DNA of 64,000 bases, taken from the NCBI GenBank assembly GCA_964531735.1, contig CAZHGD010000005.1:4095-68094 (forward strand). The letters are read 5' to 3'. This stretch comes from an uncultured Fimbriimonadaceae bacterium (GTDB taxonomy: Bacteria; Armatimonadota; UBA10988). Numbering within the stretch: the stretch's first letter is position 1; the number at the start of each line of letters is the position of its first letter. Below, piece by piece: positions 11,045 through 19,501 of this stretch. A program made the position numbers and the translations under genes. The notes beneath the pieces were generated by a model. That model saw only the letters and a list, made by a program, of their open reading frames with translations, searched no databases and had not been told where the DNA came from.

Positions 11045-12424
11045 CTACGCGGCCGAGGCCGGGTCCCACATCGAGCCGAGCGTCTGCACCGTCAGCTCCA
11101 CGACCGCCAGCGTGCCGTCCGCCACGGCCAGTGACAGCGGCGCGGCGCCCGGCAGCGGCGGAGCGGTGTTGGTGTACGACCGCCGGCCACCATCGACGAA
11201 GGTCTCGACCGACAGCCGGTCGACCAGCAGGCGGAGCGACAGCTCGCTCTGCTCGGCCGACCAGGACCACGGACAACCGAGCACCGTGCCGGTGCGGGCG
11301 GACAGATCGGCGATGATCTCGTGACCGCGGGCGCTCAGCCGGAAGCTGCGGCAGGTGGACCGGGCCAGGTCGAGCCGCAACCGGACATCGAGCGCGTCGT
11401 GGGTCACCGCTGCCAACGGATCTTCGTCGCCGGCGCTGAGGCGCAGGTCGGTGCGCTGCCAGGTGCCGGTGACCAGTTGGGCGATCTCGGGTGCCGGCCA
11501 ACGCCACAGGCGCACGCCCTCGGGCTCAGCGTGCAGCGACAAGTCGCACGGGAAGCTGAGCTGCTGGCTGAACGGCAGGTCCAGCGGCGGCAGGTCACCG
11601 GTGGCCATCCAGGCGAGCTGGATGCGCCGCCAGGGCTGGCCGGGCAGGTCACCCCAGGTCATCGTCGCGTAGAAGTTGCGCCCCAGGTCAGCCTGGAGCG
11701 TCTCGGAGACGGGCGTGAAGGTGTGCCCGTCGAACTCGCCCAGGCGGTAGCGGCCGTCGCCGTTGACGATCACCCACAGCCGGCGGTCGGCGTCGCCGTC
11801 CACGGGCAGCTCGAACATGTCGGGGCACTCGTAGAAGCCGGGCAGCGACTGCAGCTTGGTCCAGTGCAGCAGGTCGGGCGACTCGAAGAGAGTGTAGTAG
11901 CGCTCGCCGCCCTCCTCTGGCCCGTAGAGCACCATCACCCATTTGCTCTGCGGGGCATACCAGAGCACCCGCGGGTCGCGGCAAGGGTGCGACAGCACCG
12001 GGTTGCCGGCCCACTTGGTCCAGGTGCGGCCGCGGTCGTTGCTGTAGGAGAGGCACTGGCGGCAGTTGTCGGTGCTGCTCCAGAAGGCGACCATCACCGG
12101 CGTCTCACCCGTGGCCAGCCCCGAGGTGTTCCGCGCGTCGATCACGCCGCCGCCCGACTGCGTGCCACCGAACGCCTCATCCTGCCCGAACGCCGGCGGC
12201 AGTTCGGTCCAGCGCACCAGATCCTCGCTGACCGCGTGCAGCCAGCAGGTCCACCACCGCTGCGCGAACAGGTGGTACTCGCCGTCCAGCCAGGTCAGGC
12301 CGTTGACGTCGTTGATCCAGCCCTCGTCGAAGCGGTCCGGGTTGAGCGTGGGCCGGTCCCAGTAGCGGGCCGTGAAGTGGAACTGCGGCCGCAGCGGCTC
12401 CTGGTAGAGCGGATAGTCGGGCAT
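11045..12424 (-). CDS. glycoside hydrolase family 32 (beta-fructofuranosidase / sucrose-6-P hydrolase / inulinase-like), cytoplasmic
   Basis: WINDVNG (the WMNDPNG nucleophile motif), RDP (HPCRDPRV) and EC (FYECPDMF) motifs are all present. There is no signal peptide. The start was refined to MPDYPLYQ at 12424, with AGGAGGG 6 nt upstream. Confidence 0.85.
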   Translation of the reverse strand: MPDYPLYQEPLRPQFHFTARYWDRPTLNPDRFDEGWINDVNGLTWLDGEYHLFAQRWWTCWLHAVSEDLVRWTELPPAFGQDEAFGGTQSGGGVIDARNTSGLATGETPVMVAFWSSTDNCRQCLSYSNDRGRTWTKWAGNPVLSHPCRDPRVLWYAPQSKWVMVLYGPEEGGERYYTLFESPDLLHWTKLQSLPGFYECPDMFELPVDGDADRRLWVIVNGDGRYRLGEFDGHTFTPVSETLQADLGRNFYATMTWGDLPGQPWRRIQLAWMATGDLPPLDLPFSQQLSFPCDLSLHAEPEGVRLWRWPAPEIAQLVTGTWQRTDLRLSAGDEDPLAAVTHDALDVRLRLDLARSTCRSFRLSARGHEIIADLSARTGTVLGCPWSWSAEQSELSLRLLVDRLSVETFVDGGRRSYTNTAPPLPGAAPLSLAVADGTLAVVELTVQTLGSMWDPASAA

Positions 12425-12527
12425 CGGGCGCCCTCCTGATGGTCTGCTGGTTCGCCGCCGACAGCCGACCGACCTGCCGGCGCAGGACTGGCCGGGCGAC
12501 ACCGAATGCTACCGACGGAGGACCGCC

Positions 12528-15500
12528 ATGCCGTGGTTGAGTCTGCTGGTCGTGCTGGCCGGGGATCCGGCGTGGGCGCAGGTGGCGCCGGCGCAACTGC
12601 CGCCGGTCTCGGTGCGGTGGGTCGATCCGGCACAGCAAGCCACCGTCATGGTGCAGGGCGCGCGCTACCAGTGTACCGTCGAGACCATGCCGCTGCGCCT
12701 GTCGTCGTTGCGTGTGGACGGGCGCGAACTGCTCGGGCCGCAGGGCCTGACCCCGGCGGTGCTCGATGCCCAGGGCCGGCGGCTGCAGCCGGCTCCGGCC
12801 GATCTGAAGCCGGCCTGGGACGTCTGGCGCGGCCAGCGCTGGCGGCCGGCCACCTCGGCGCGCGCGCGGATGAACGTCTGGAGCGCCGGGCCGTACTACT
12901 GGGACTGCCACCTGCTGGACATCCCGCTGCTGGCCGCCGACGAGGCGGCCCGCTACCGCACGCCGGCCGGGCCGCCGTTGCAGACCTGGGATTTTAGCCG
13001 CGAACACCCCGGTTGCGTGGCCCAGAACCACACGCAACTCAGCCGCGCCGCCGACGGCGCCCTGCGCATCACGCTGACCGGCGACGATCCCTACGTGGGT
13101 TTGCCGCCCTGTGATCTGCCGGCGCCGGTCCACCTCACGCTCCGTGTGCGCAGCAACGTCGGCGGCGACGGCGCCATCTACTACGGCGTCGACCGCCGCG
13201 GCATCACCGGCCAGCAGGTGGTCACCTTCCCGGTCAGTGGCGACGGCGCCTGGCATGAGTACGAGGTCACCGTCGGCAACGCCGGCCAGCGGCTGACTGC
13301 GCTGCGGTTCGATCCGCCGGGCGAGAGCGGCGTCGTCGATGTCGCCTGGATCAAGCTGAGTCGGCCACTGGACACCGGCGTCCGGCCGCGTCCGGCGCGC
13401 GGTGAGCTGGTGCTCCATGCGCAACCCGATCGATTGGCCATCGAGCTGCGCGTCGAGCCGGTGGCCGAGCGGCCGGCGCCGGCCAACGTGGTGTTCGACT
13501 TCGGCCGCGAGTTGGCCGGCGTGACCACCGTAGACAACCGGCCGTTGGCGATGCTCGACGGCGCGGCGCTGCTCGGCTCGCCAGGCGCCAAAGTGGCCGG
13601 CGGGCAGCTCACGGCGCCGGTCGGCGGGGCGCGGCCCGGTGCCTGGCTGGTGCTGCGTCCGAGCGAGGCGGCCGGCCCGGCGCAGACCATGGCCGACGAT
13701 CTGCACCCCTTGCCCGCCAGCGCGGTGAGCCTGGTCGACGGCCACTGGCTGGGCTATGACCCGGCCAGCGGCCTGTACCGCGCCGAACTGGAGCACGAGG
13801 CCGCGGCCTTCGGCTTCGATCCGGCGTTCCACAACCCGACCCGCCGCATGTCGCTGCGCCTCGACTGGCGCAACGACGCCCAGCCGCGACGCCTGCTGGT
13901 CAAGGTGCTGGCGGGCAACGGCAACCTGGAGGCCGCCACGTTGACCGATGCCCACGGCTTCATGCTGCCCACCCCGGCGTTTGTGGCCAAGAACTTCGCC
14001 GGCGAGATGGAGGAGCCGGACGACACCGCCTATGGCGATGTCTACTTCCCGGTCAGCCTGGCGCCGGGCGAGACCAAGGGCTGCACCGTCCACCCCCTGA
14101 CGGCCAACTGGGGCCTCTGGCCGCTGAAGCAGGTCTCGTCGATCCGGTTCTTCCTGATCTACTGGCACTGCTCCACCGGGCCGTCGGAGACCACCTGTTG
14201 GTCCATCGACCACATGGCCACCAAAGGCGCCGTGTTCCACATTCCCGACTTCCGGCCGATGTCGGGGCCGTTCTGGTCGGGCCAGCCGCAGCACGACTGC
14301 CAGCACTGGCCCGGCTGGCTCCAGTACAACGGCGCCCGCGGCAAGCTGTGCTACGAGCGCACCACCTTCGACAGCATCGCCCCCAGTCTGGCGCGGTTCA
14401 CCAACCACTACCACACCAGTGACGACACCGCGACGGCGCGCGTCACCGCCTGGGAGGCGCCGCAGCGCGACGAGCTGCGGACGATGGTCCGGCTGCGCTA
14501 CGATTGGACCCGGCCCTGCGTGATTGAGGGCGACGCGCGGCGCAACTTCCGCTGGCTCAACCTGAGCCACTTCCGCGGGCGCAATGCCCAACTGCTGTGG
14601 ACCGGGCCCGATGGTCAGACGCAGCGCCGTGAGGTGCCACCGAAGACCGACTTCGTGCTGCTCGGCGAAGCGCTGTCCGCCGCCTCGCCGTTCATGAGCA
14701 GCGAGGGTCCGGGCGACAAGTACGGCGTGCTGACGCTGGTGCAGCGCTTCGCCGCGCGCCTGGGTGGCCGCAGCTACGACCGGCCGGCCGTGTCGGCCGC
14801 GTTCGACGCGCAGGACGCCAGCACGTGGCTGACCGTGGCCACCGAGAGCCTGCGCCTGGAGCCGGGCGACTGGCTCGAAGCCGACGTCCTGCTCATGCCG
14901 CACGGTGAGCCGAGCCCGTCCGGCTTCAAGGCCGAACGCGAGCGGCGGCGCTTCGGCCTGCAGCCGGTCAAGCTGACCGTCAAGACGGGCACCAAGCTGG
15001 CCGACTACCCGCCGCAGGTGCGGGCCGACGACGACGTGGCCGCGCTCCACCTGTCCGGCGGCCATGGCGACCTGCCGCTGCTGATCGACGGGCTGAGCGG
15101 CTGGAAGCTGCCGCTGCTCTGGACCAACGGCATCTGGCAGGACCACCAGGTGCACGGTGGCGACGGCTACCAGGTGCAGCCGGATGGCAACGGTGGCTAC
15201 CGGGCCACCTTCGTGCTGCCGCACCGCGACGGCCAGAGCTACGACCTGCTGGTCACGCGCGCCGAGTGCTCCGGTGACATCGCCCGGGCCCGTGACCGCA
15301 ACGGCCGCTTGGAGCTGACCGCCGCCACACCGGGCCACTGGCGGCTGAAGGCCCCGGCGCCGTTCGGACCGGGCACCAACCGCGCGCGGCCCGGCCAACC
15401 GGTGCTGGAGTTCGCCGGCGACGGCGCCACCGTACGGCAACTGCCGCTGAGCATCCGCGCCGGCGTGCCGGTGTCGGTTACGGTCACGGAGTGGGCGCCG

Positions 15501-15674
15501 GCCCGGATCGCCCTGCGCGCCACCGCACCGACCGAACTGACCATCGGCGGCCTGCGCGGTGGCGGGCGCTACCGGCTGTCGCTCGACGGCCGCGCCGAGA
15601 CCCGCGACGCACGCGGCGGCAGCCTGATGGTCAAGCTCGCCGCGGCGGCGAGCGTGGAAGTCACACCGGAGTAG
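12528..15674 (+). CDS. large secreted hypothetical protein (1048 aa), family not recognised
   Basis: Signal peptide MPWLSLLVVLAGDPAWAQ. GGAGG SD. Protein-like composition. The overlapping 1378-aa minus-strand ORF is Arg/Ala/Gly-rich shadow. Confidence 0.7.
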   Translation: MPWLSLLVVLAGDPAWAQVAPAQLPPVSVRWVDPAQQATVMVQGARYQCTVETMPLRLSSLRVDGRELLGPQGLTPAVLDAQGRRLQPAPADLKPAWDVWRGQRWRPATSARARMNVWSAGPYYWDCHLLDIPLLAADEAARYRTPAGPPLQTWDFSREHPGCVAQNHTQLSRAADGALRITLTGDDPYVGLPPCDLPAPVHLTLRVRSNVGGDGAIYYGVDRRGITGQQVVTFPVSGDGAWHEYEVTVGNAGQRLTALRFDPPGESGVVDVAWIKLSRPLDTGVRPRPARGELVLHAQPDRLAIELRVEPVAERPAPANVVFDFGRELAGVTTVDNRPLAMLDGAALLGSPGAKVAGGQLTAPVGGARPGAWLVLRPSEAAGPAQTMADDLHPLPASAVSLVDGHWLGYDPASGLYRAELEHEAAAFGFDPAFHNPTRRMSLRLDWRNDAQPRRLLVKVLAGNGNLEAATLTDAHGFMLPTPAFVAKNFAGEMEEPDDTAYGDVYFPVSLAPGETKGCTVHPLTANWGLWPLKQVSSIRFFLIYWHCSTGPSETTCWSIDHMATKGAVFHIPDFRPMSGPFWSGQPQHDCQHWPGWLQYNGARGKLCYERTTFDSIAPSLARFTNHYHTSDDTATARVTAWEAPQRDELRTMVRLRYDWTRPCVIEGDARRNFRWLNLSHFRGRNAQLLWTGPDGQTQRREVPPKTDFVLLGEALSAASPFMSSEGPGDKYGVLTLVQRFAARLGGRSYDRPAVSAAFDAQDASTWLTVATESLRLEPGDWLEADVLLMPHGEPSPSGFKAERERRRFGLQPVKLTVKTGTKLADYPPQVRADDDVAALHLSGGHGDLPLLIDGLSGWKLPLLWTNGIWQDHQVHGGDGYQVQPDGNGGYRATFVLPHRDGQSYDLLVTRAECSGDIARARDRNGRLELTAATPGHWRLKAPAPFGPGTNRARPGQPVLEFAGDGATVRQLPLSIRAGVPVSVTVTEWAPARIALRATAPTELTIGGLRGGGRYRLSLDGRAETRDARGGSLMVKLAAAASVEVTPE

Positions 15675-15744
15675 CGCGCGGGCGCAGGGTCGCGCAGGCG
15701 CATCCCTGCGGTTCCGCCCGGCTTGGCGCCGGCGCGATTCCCAT

Positions 15745-15774
15745 ATTGCATGGCAAGATGCAATCGTGTATGCT
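15745..15774 (+). promoter_or_regulatory. candidate IclR operator: the inverted repeat ATTGCAT-N6-ATGCAAT. It overlaps the -35 and spacer of the putative promoter TTGCAT-N17-TATGCT.
   Basis: Perfect 7-bp arms in an AT-rich patch about 20 bp upstream of the IclR start. The predicted transcription start site would make the ATG at 15780 leaderless. Confidence 0.35.
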
Positions 15775-15779
15775 GATAA

Positions 15780-16646
15780 ATGGAGGCAGTCAAGGTGGCC
15801 AGCTCGGGCAATCTGGTGCAGTCGGTGGAGCGGTCGCTGGACGTGCTGGAGGCCGTGGCCTCGGCGGGCGAAGTGGGCGTGACCGAGTTGGGGCGCACGC
15901 TGGGCTTGCACGTGGCGACGGTCCACAACCTGCTGCGCACGCTGGCGGCGCGGCACTATCTGCTGAACACGGGCGGACGCTATCGGCTGGGTCCGGCGGC
16001 GACGTTGTTGGCGGCCCGGTGGGACCCGCTGCAGGTGCTGCCCGACCGCGTGCAGCCGAAGCTGGTGCAGATCAGCGAGGCGTGTGGCGAGGCCGGCTCG
16101 GCGACCGTGCTGGTGGGCCACGACGCGCGGCTGATCGGGTTCCAGCCCGGCACCGAGGCGATCACCATCCACTTCCCGCAGTGGGTCTGGCCGCAGGCAC
16201 TGAAGCTGGCCACCGGGCGCTTGCTGGTGGCCCTGGGCGACGAGCAGCGCTGGGACGAGTTCATCGCCCGCAGCCCGCAGGTGCGGCCGGAGTGGTCGCC
16301 TGAGGACTGGCACGCCGAGCTGAGCCGCTTACGCGAGCTGGGCTACTGCGCGCTGCGGACCAACCGCGACGGCGGGCAGACGCTGGTCTCGTTCCCGCTG
16401 ATCACGCGGGGCGGCCAGGCGGTGGCCACCATCGGCGCGGCCTGTCCGTCGTTCCGCGCCACGCCCGAGCGTGGCGAAGCGATGACCCGTGCGGTCTACC
16501 GCGCGGCGGCGGAGCTGTCCGCCGAACTGGGCGGCAGCCTGCCGGCGCCGCCGCCGGTCATCGACTGGGCCGCGCTGCCCGTGGACCAACAAGCTGACGA
16601 AGCGTCGGTGCCCCCGTTCGGCGGGGCGCCAGGAGACAAGTCGTGA
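15780..16646 (+). CDS. IclR-family transcriptional regulator
   Basis: HTH VTELGRTLGLHVATVHNLLRTL and a C-terminal effector domain. The alternative GTG start at 15795 has GGAGG 8 nt upstream. The stop codon overlaps the start of the next gene. Confidence 0.85.
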   Translation: MEAVKVASSGNLVQSVERSLDVLEAVASAGEVGVTELGRTLGLHVATVHNLLRTLAARHYLLNTGGRYRLGPAATLLAARWDPLQVLPDRVQPKLVQISEACGEAGSATVLVGHDARLIGFQPGTEAITIHFPQWVWPQALKLATGRLLVALGDEQRWDEFIARSPQVRPEWSPEDWHAELSRLRELGYCALRTNRDGGQTLVSFPLITRGGQAVATIGAACPSFRATPERGEAMTRAVYRAAAELSAELGGSLPAPPPVIDWAALPVDQQADEASVPPFGGAPGDKS

Positions 16647-17818
16647 AGATCACCGCGGTCGAGACGCACCTCTGTCACTGCTACCGCGCCAACTGGGTGT
16701 TCGTGCGCGTGCTGACCGACAGCGGCCTGCACGGCATCGGCGAAGCCACGCTGGAGATGCGAGAGCCGACGGCGGCCGCCGCGGTGCAGGAGCTGGAGCG
16801 GCACCTGATCGGCCGCGACCCGCACGATATCGAGGCCATCTGGCACGAGTCCTACCGCGACAGCTACTGGCGCGGCGGGCCGGTGCTGATGACCGCGCTG
16901 TCCGGCGTCGAGATGGCCTTGTGGGACATCAAGGGCAAGGACCTCGGCGTGCCGGTCTGGCAACTGCTCGGCGGGCGCTGCCGCGACCGCGTGCCGTGCT
17001 ACGCCAACGGCTGGTTCTCGCCGGCCAAGACGCCCGATGAGTTCGCCGAGAAGGCGCGCCTCGCCGTGGCGCAGGGCTTCCAGGGCCTCAAGTGGGACCC
17101 GTTCGGCAAGTCCTACCGCACCATCAGCAAGCCCGAGTTCAAGCAGGCCATCGCCTGCGTGCAGGCCGTGGCCGAAGCGGTGGGGCCCGAGATCAACATC
17201 CTGGTGGAGGGACATGGCCGGTTCGACGTGCCGACCGCCATCCGCATCGCGCATGCCCTGGAGGACTTCGACATCACCTGGTTCGAGGAGCCGATCATGC
17301 CGGACCATCCCGAGGGCATGGCCGAAGTGGTGCGGCGCTCGAACGTGCCGATTGCCGGCGGCGAACGGCTGTATAGCCGGTGGGACGCGCGAACCTACCT
17401 GGAGCAGAGCTGCGCCGACATCCTGCAGCCGGATGTCAGCCATGTGGGCGGTCTGGGCGAGCTGAAGAAGATCGCCGCCATGGCCGAGACCTACAGCCGC
17501 ATGGTCTGCCCGCACAACCCCATCGGCCCGGTGGCCAACGCGGCGACGCTGCACCTGGCGGCGTGTGTGCCGAACTTCTGGCTCCTGGAGACCATGAACA
17601 CGGACGTGCCCTGGCGGCGCGACGTGACCACCGAGCAGGTCCGCATGGCCAACGGCGAGATGCTGATTCCGACCGCGCCCGGCCTGGGCCTGGACCTCGA
17701 CCTGGAGGCCATTGCCGAGCATCCGTACGAGCGGCGCAACCTGCGGCACTACGTCGGCACGCTGACCGAGATTCGGCCGCCCGACGCGGTGAACTGGTTC
17801 GAGCGGGTGGATGGCTGA
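16643..17818 (+). CDS. enolase-superfamily sugar-acid dehydratase (D-galactonate dehydratase / mandelate racemase-muconate lactonizing enzyme family)
   Basis: MKITAVETH...VRVLTDSGLHGIGEA...ALWDIKGK...GLKWDPFG is strongly DgoD-like. GTG start with GGAGA 7 nt upstream. Confidence 0.9.
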   Translation: MKITAVETHLCHCYRANWVFVRVLTDSGLHGIGEATLEMREPTAAAAVQELERHLIGRDPHDIEAIWHESYRDSYWRGGPVLMTALSGVEMALWDIKGKDLGVPVWQLLGGRCRDRVPCYANGWFSPAKTPDEFAEKARLAVAQGFQGLKWDPFGKSYRTISKPEFKQAIACVQAVAEAVGPEINILVEGHGRFDVPTAIRIAHALEDFDITWFEEPIMPDHPEGMAEVVRRSNVPIAGGERLYSRWDARTYLEQSCADILQPDVSHVGGLGELKKIAAMAETYSRMVCPHNPIGPVANAATLHLAACVPNFWLLETMNTDVPWRRDVTTEQVRMANGEMLIPTAPGLGLDLDLEAIAEHPYERRNLRHYVGTLTEIRPPDAVNWFERVDG

Positions 17819-18693
17819 TGAGCCTGTGCGCCGCGGTGCTGGTGGGGCTGGTCGCGCTGTGGCTGCTGGCCTCGGCCGTGGGCGCGGCGTTCGTCCTGCG
17901 CCCGTGGACCTGGCCGGTGCGTGAGCGAGCGATGCCGGCGGGTCAGGTGGGCCAGTCGGTGCAGTTCACCGCGGCGGACGGCACCGCACTCGACGGCTGG
18001 TACTTCGATGCGCCGGCGGCCCGCGGGGCGGTCGTGCTGGCCCATGGTGCGTTCGAGAACCGTCTGGGCGTGCTCGACTGCCTGCCGCCGCTGGCCGCGG
18101 CGGGCCTGGCGGTGCTGTCGTTCGACTTCCGGGCGCGCGGCCGCAGCGGTGGGCGCCGCTCGACCATCGGCTGGCGCGAGACCGACGATCTGCTGGCCGC
18201 GGTGGCGCGGGCGCGCGAGCTGTGCTCCGGCCGGCCAGTCGGCATCATGGGCTTCTCGCAGGGCGCCGCGGCGGCGCTGATGGCCGCCGCGCGCGACGGC
18301 GCCATCGCCGGGGTGGTCGCCGACAGCGCCTACGACCGGCTCGACCGCACGCTGGACCGGCACCTGCGCACCATCTTCCCGGTGGCGACGGCCCTCCTCG
18401 GAGCGCCGAGTCGGTGGCTGATCGTGCGCGGGCTGGGCGTCGATCCGGCCACGGTCTCGCCGCTGGCGGCGGCGGCCACGCTGAGCGGTCGTCCACTGCT
18501 GCTGATCCACGGCACCGGCGACTTCATGTGCGAGCTGGCGGGCAGCCAGCGCCTGCAGGCGGCGGCGGGCCCGTCGTGCGAGCTGTGGACGGTGCCGCGA
18601 GCCCGGCACACGAAGGCCCGGCAGCGGTGCCCCGCGGACTACTGGCAGCGCGTCGGCGCGTTCTGGGAGCGGGTCCTCAGGCCCGCGGGTTGA
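17818..18693 (+). CDS. membrane-anchored alpha/beta-hydrolase
   Basis: The start was refined to MSLCAAVLVGLVALWLLA (ATG overlapping the enolase gene's stop). GFSQG nucleophile elbow. The ORF-track extension back to 17380 overlaps the enolase gene. Confidence 0.75.
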   Translation: MSLCAAVLVGLVALWLLASAVGAAFVLRPWTWPVRERAMPAGQVGQSVQFTAADGTALDGWYFDAPAARGAVVLAHGAFENRLGVLDCLPPLAAAGLAVLSFDFRARGRSGGRRSTIGWRETDDLLAAVARARELCSGRPVGIMGFSQGAAAALMAAARDGAIAGVVADSAYDRLDRTLDRHLRTIFPVATALLGAPSRWLIVRGLGVDPATVSPLAAAATLSGRPLLLIHGTGDFMCELAGSQRLQAAAGPSCELWTVPRARHTKARQRCPADYWQRVGAFWERVLRPAG

Positions 18694-18709
18694 GAGGGAG
18701 ATGCGAGTG

Positions 18710-19483
18710 ATGCGCTTCACCGGACAGCGGGTGCTGGTCACGGGCTCTTCGCGCAATACGGGGCTGGGCATCGCGCGGCGGTTCGCCGCCGAAGGGGCCA
18801 GCGTGGTCATCAACGGCACCGTGCCCGAGAACGTGGCGGCCGCGGCGGCAGCGGTTCGTGCCGCCGGCGGGCGGGCCGTGGAGGCCGTGGCCGATCTGGG
18901 CAGCCTGGCCGGCGTGGAGCAGCTCTTCGCCGTGGTGGACGCCGAGCTGGGCGGGATCGACATCCTGGTCAACAATGCCGTTCATCTGGGCCTCAGTCCG
19001 ACGTTCGTGGACGTGCCCGATGAGCTGCTGGTGGCGGTCATCACGGTCAACGTGCTGGGCTACCACCGCTGTGGCCAGGCGGCGGCGCGGCGGATGATCG
19101 CGCAAGGCGGTGGCGGCGCCATCGTCAACGTCGGTTCGAACACGGCTGACCGGCCGGTACACGGACGCACGGCCTACTGCGCCTCGAAGGGCGCCATCGA
19201 CGCCCTGACGCGCGCCATGGCGCTCGATCTGGCGCCGCACCGCATCCGGGTCAACACCGTGGCGCCGGGGTACATCTGGACCGACCGCTGGTCGACTCTG
19301 GACCCGGCTGTGGCAGCGCGGCGCCGGGCCAACACGCCGTTGGGCGAACCGGCCAGCGCCGACGACGTGGCCGCGGCGGTCATGTTCCTGGCCTCGGCCG
19401 AGGCGGGCAACGTCACCGGAGCGCGGTTGGTGGTGGACGGCGGTGTCACCTCGCAACTGGTGCCCGCGGACGTGGACGGCTAG
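18710..19483 (+). CDS. SDR-family short-chain dehydrogenase/reductase
   Basis: VLVTGSSRNTGLG (TGxxxGxG), NNA, and the YCASK catalytic dyad. GAGGGAG lies 9 nt upstream of ATG 18710. The upstream in-frame ATG at 18701 has no spacing to this SD. Confidence 0.9.
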   Translation: MRFTGQRVLVTGSSRNTGLGIARRFAAEGASVVINGTVPENVAAAAAAVRAAGGRAVEAVADLGSLAGVEQLFAVVDAELGGIDILVNNAVHLGLSPTFVDVPDELLVAVITVNVLGYHRCGQAAARRMIAQGGGGAIVNVGSNTADRPVHGRTAYCASKGAIDALTRAMALDLAPHRIRVNTVAPGYIWTDRWSTLDPAVAARRRANTPLGEPASADDVAAAVMFLASAEAGNVTGARLVVDGGVTSQLVPADVDG

Positions 19484-19501
19484 ACACCGGGAGAGCTTGC
19501 G

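Noticed and set aside
12177-16313. 1378-aa ORF on the minus strand
   Set aside because: It is antisense to the signal-peptide-bearing 12528-15674 gene. Its composition is dominated by Arg/Ala/Gly/Pro with runs like RRRRTQPIASAR, it has no SD or domain, and it is a typical high-GC shadow ORF.
17380-17817. 146-codon N-terminal extension of the alpha/beta-hydrolase ORF
   Set aside because: It overlaps the 3' half of the enolase gene in another frame. The ATG at 17818 overlaps the enolase stop codon (translational coupling) and begins a clean TM helix.
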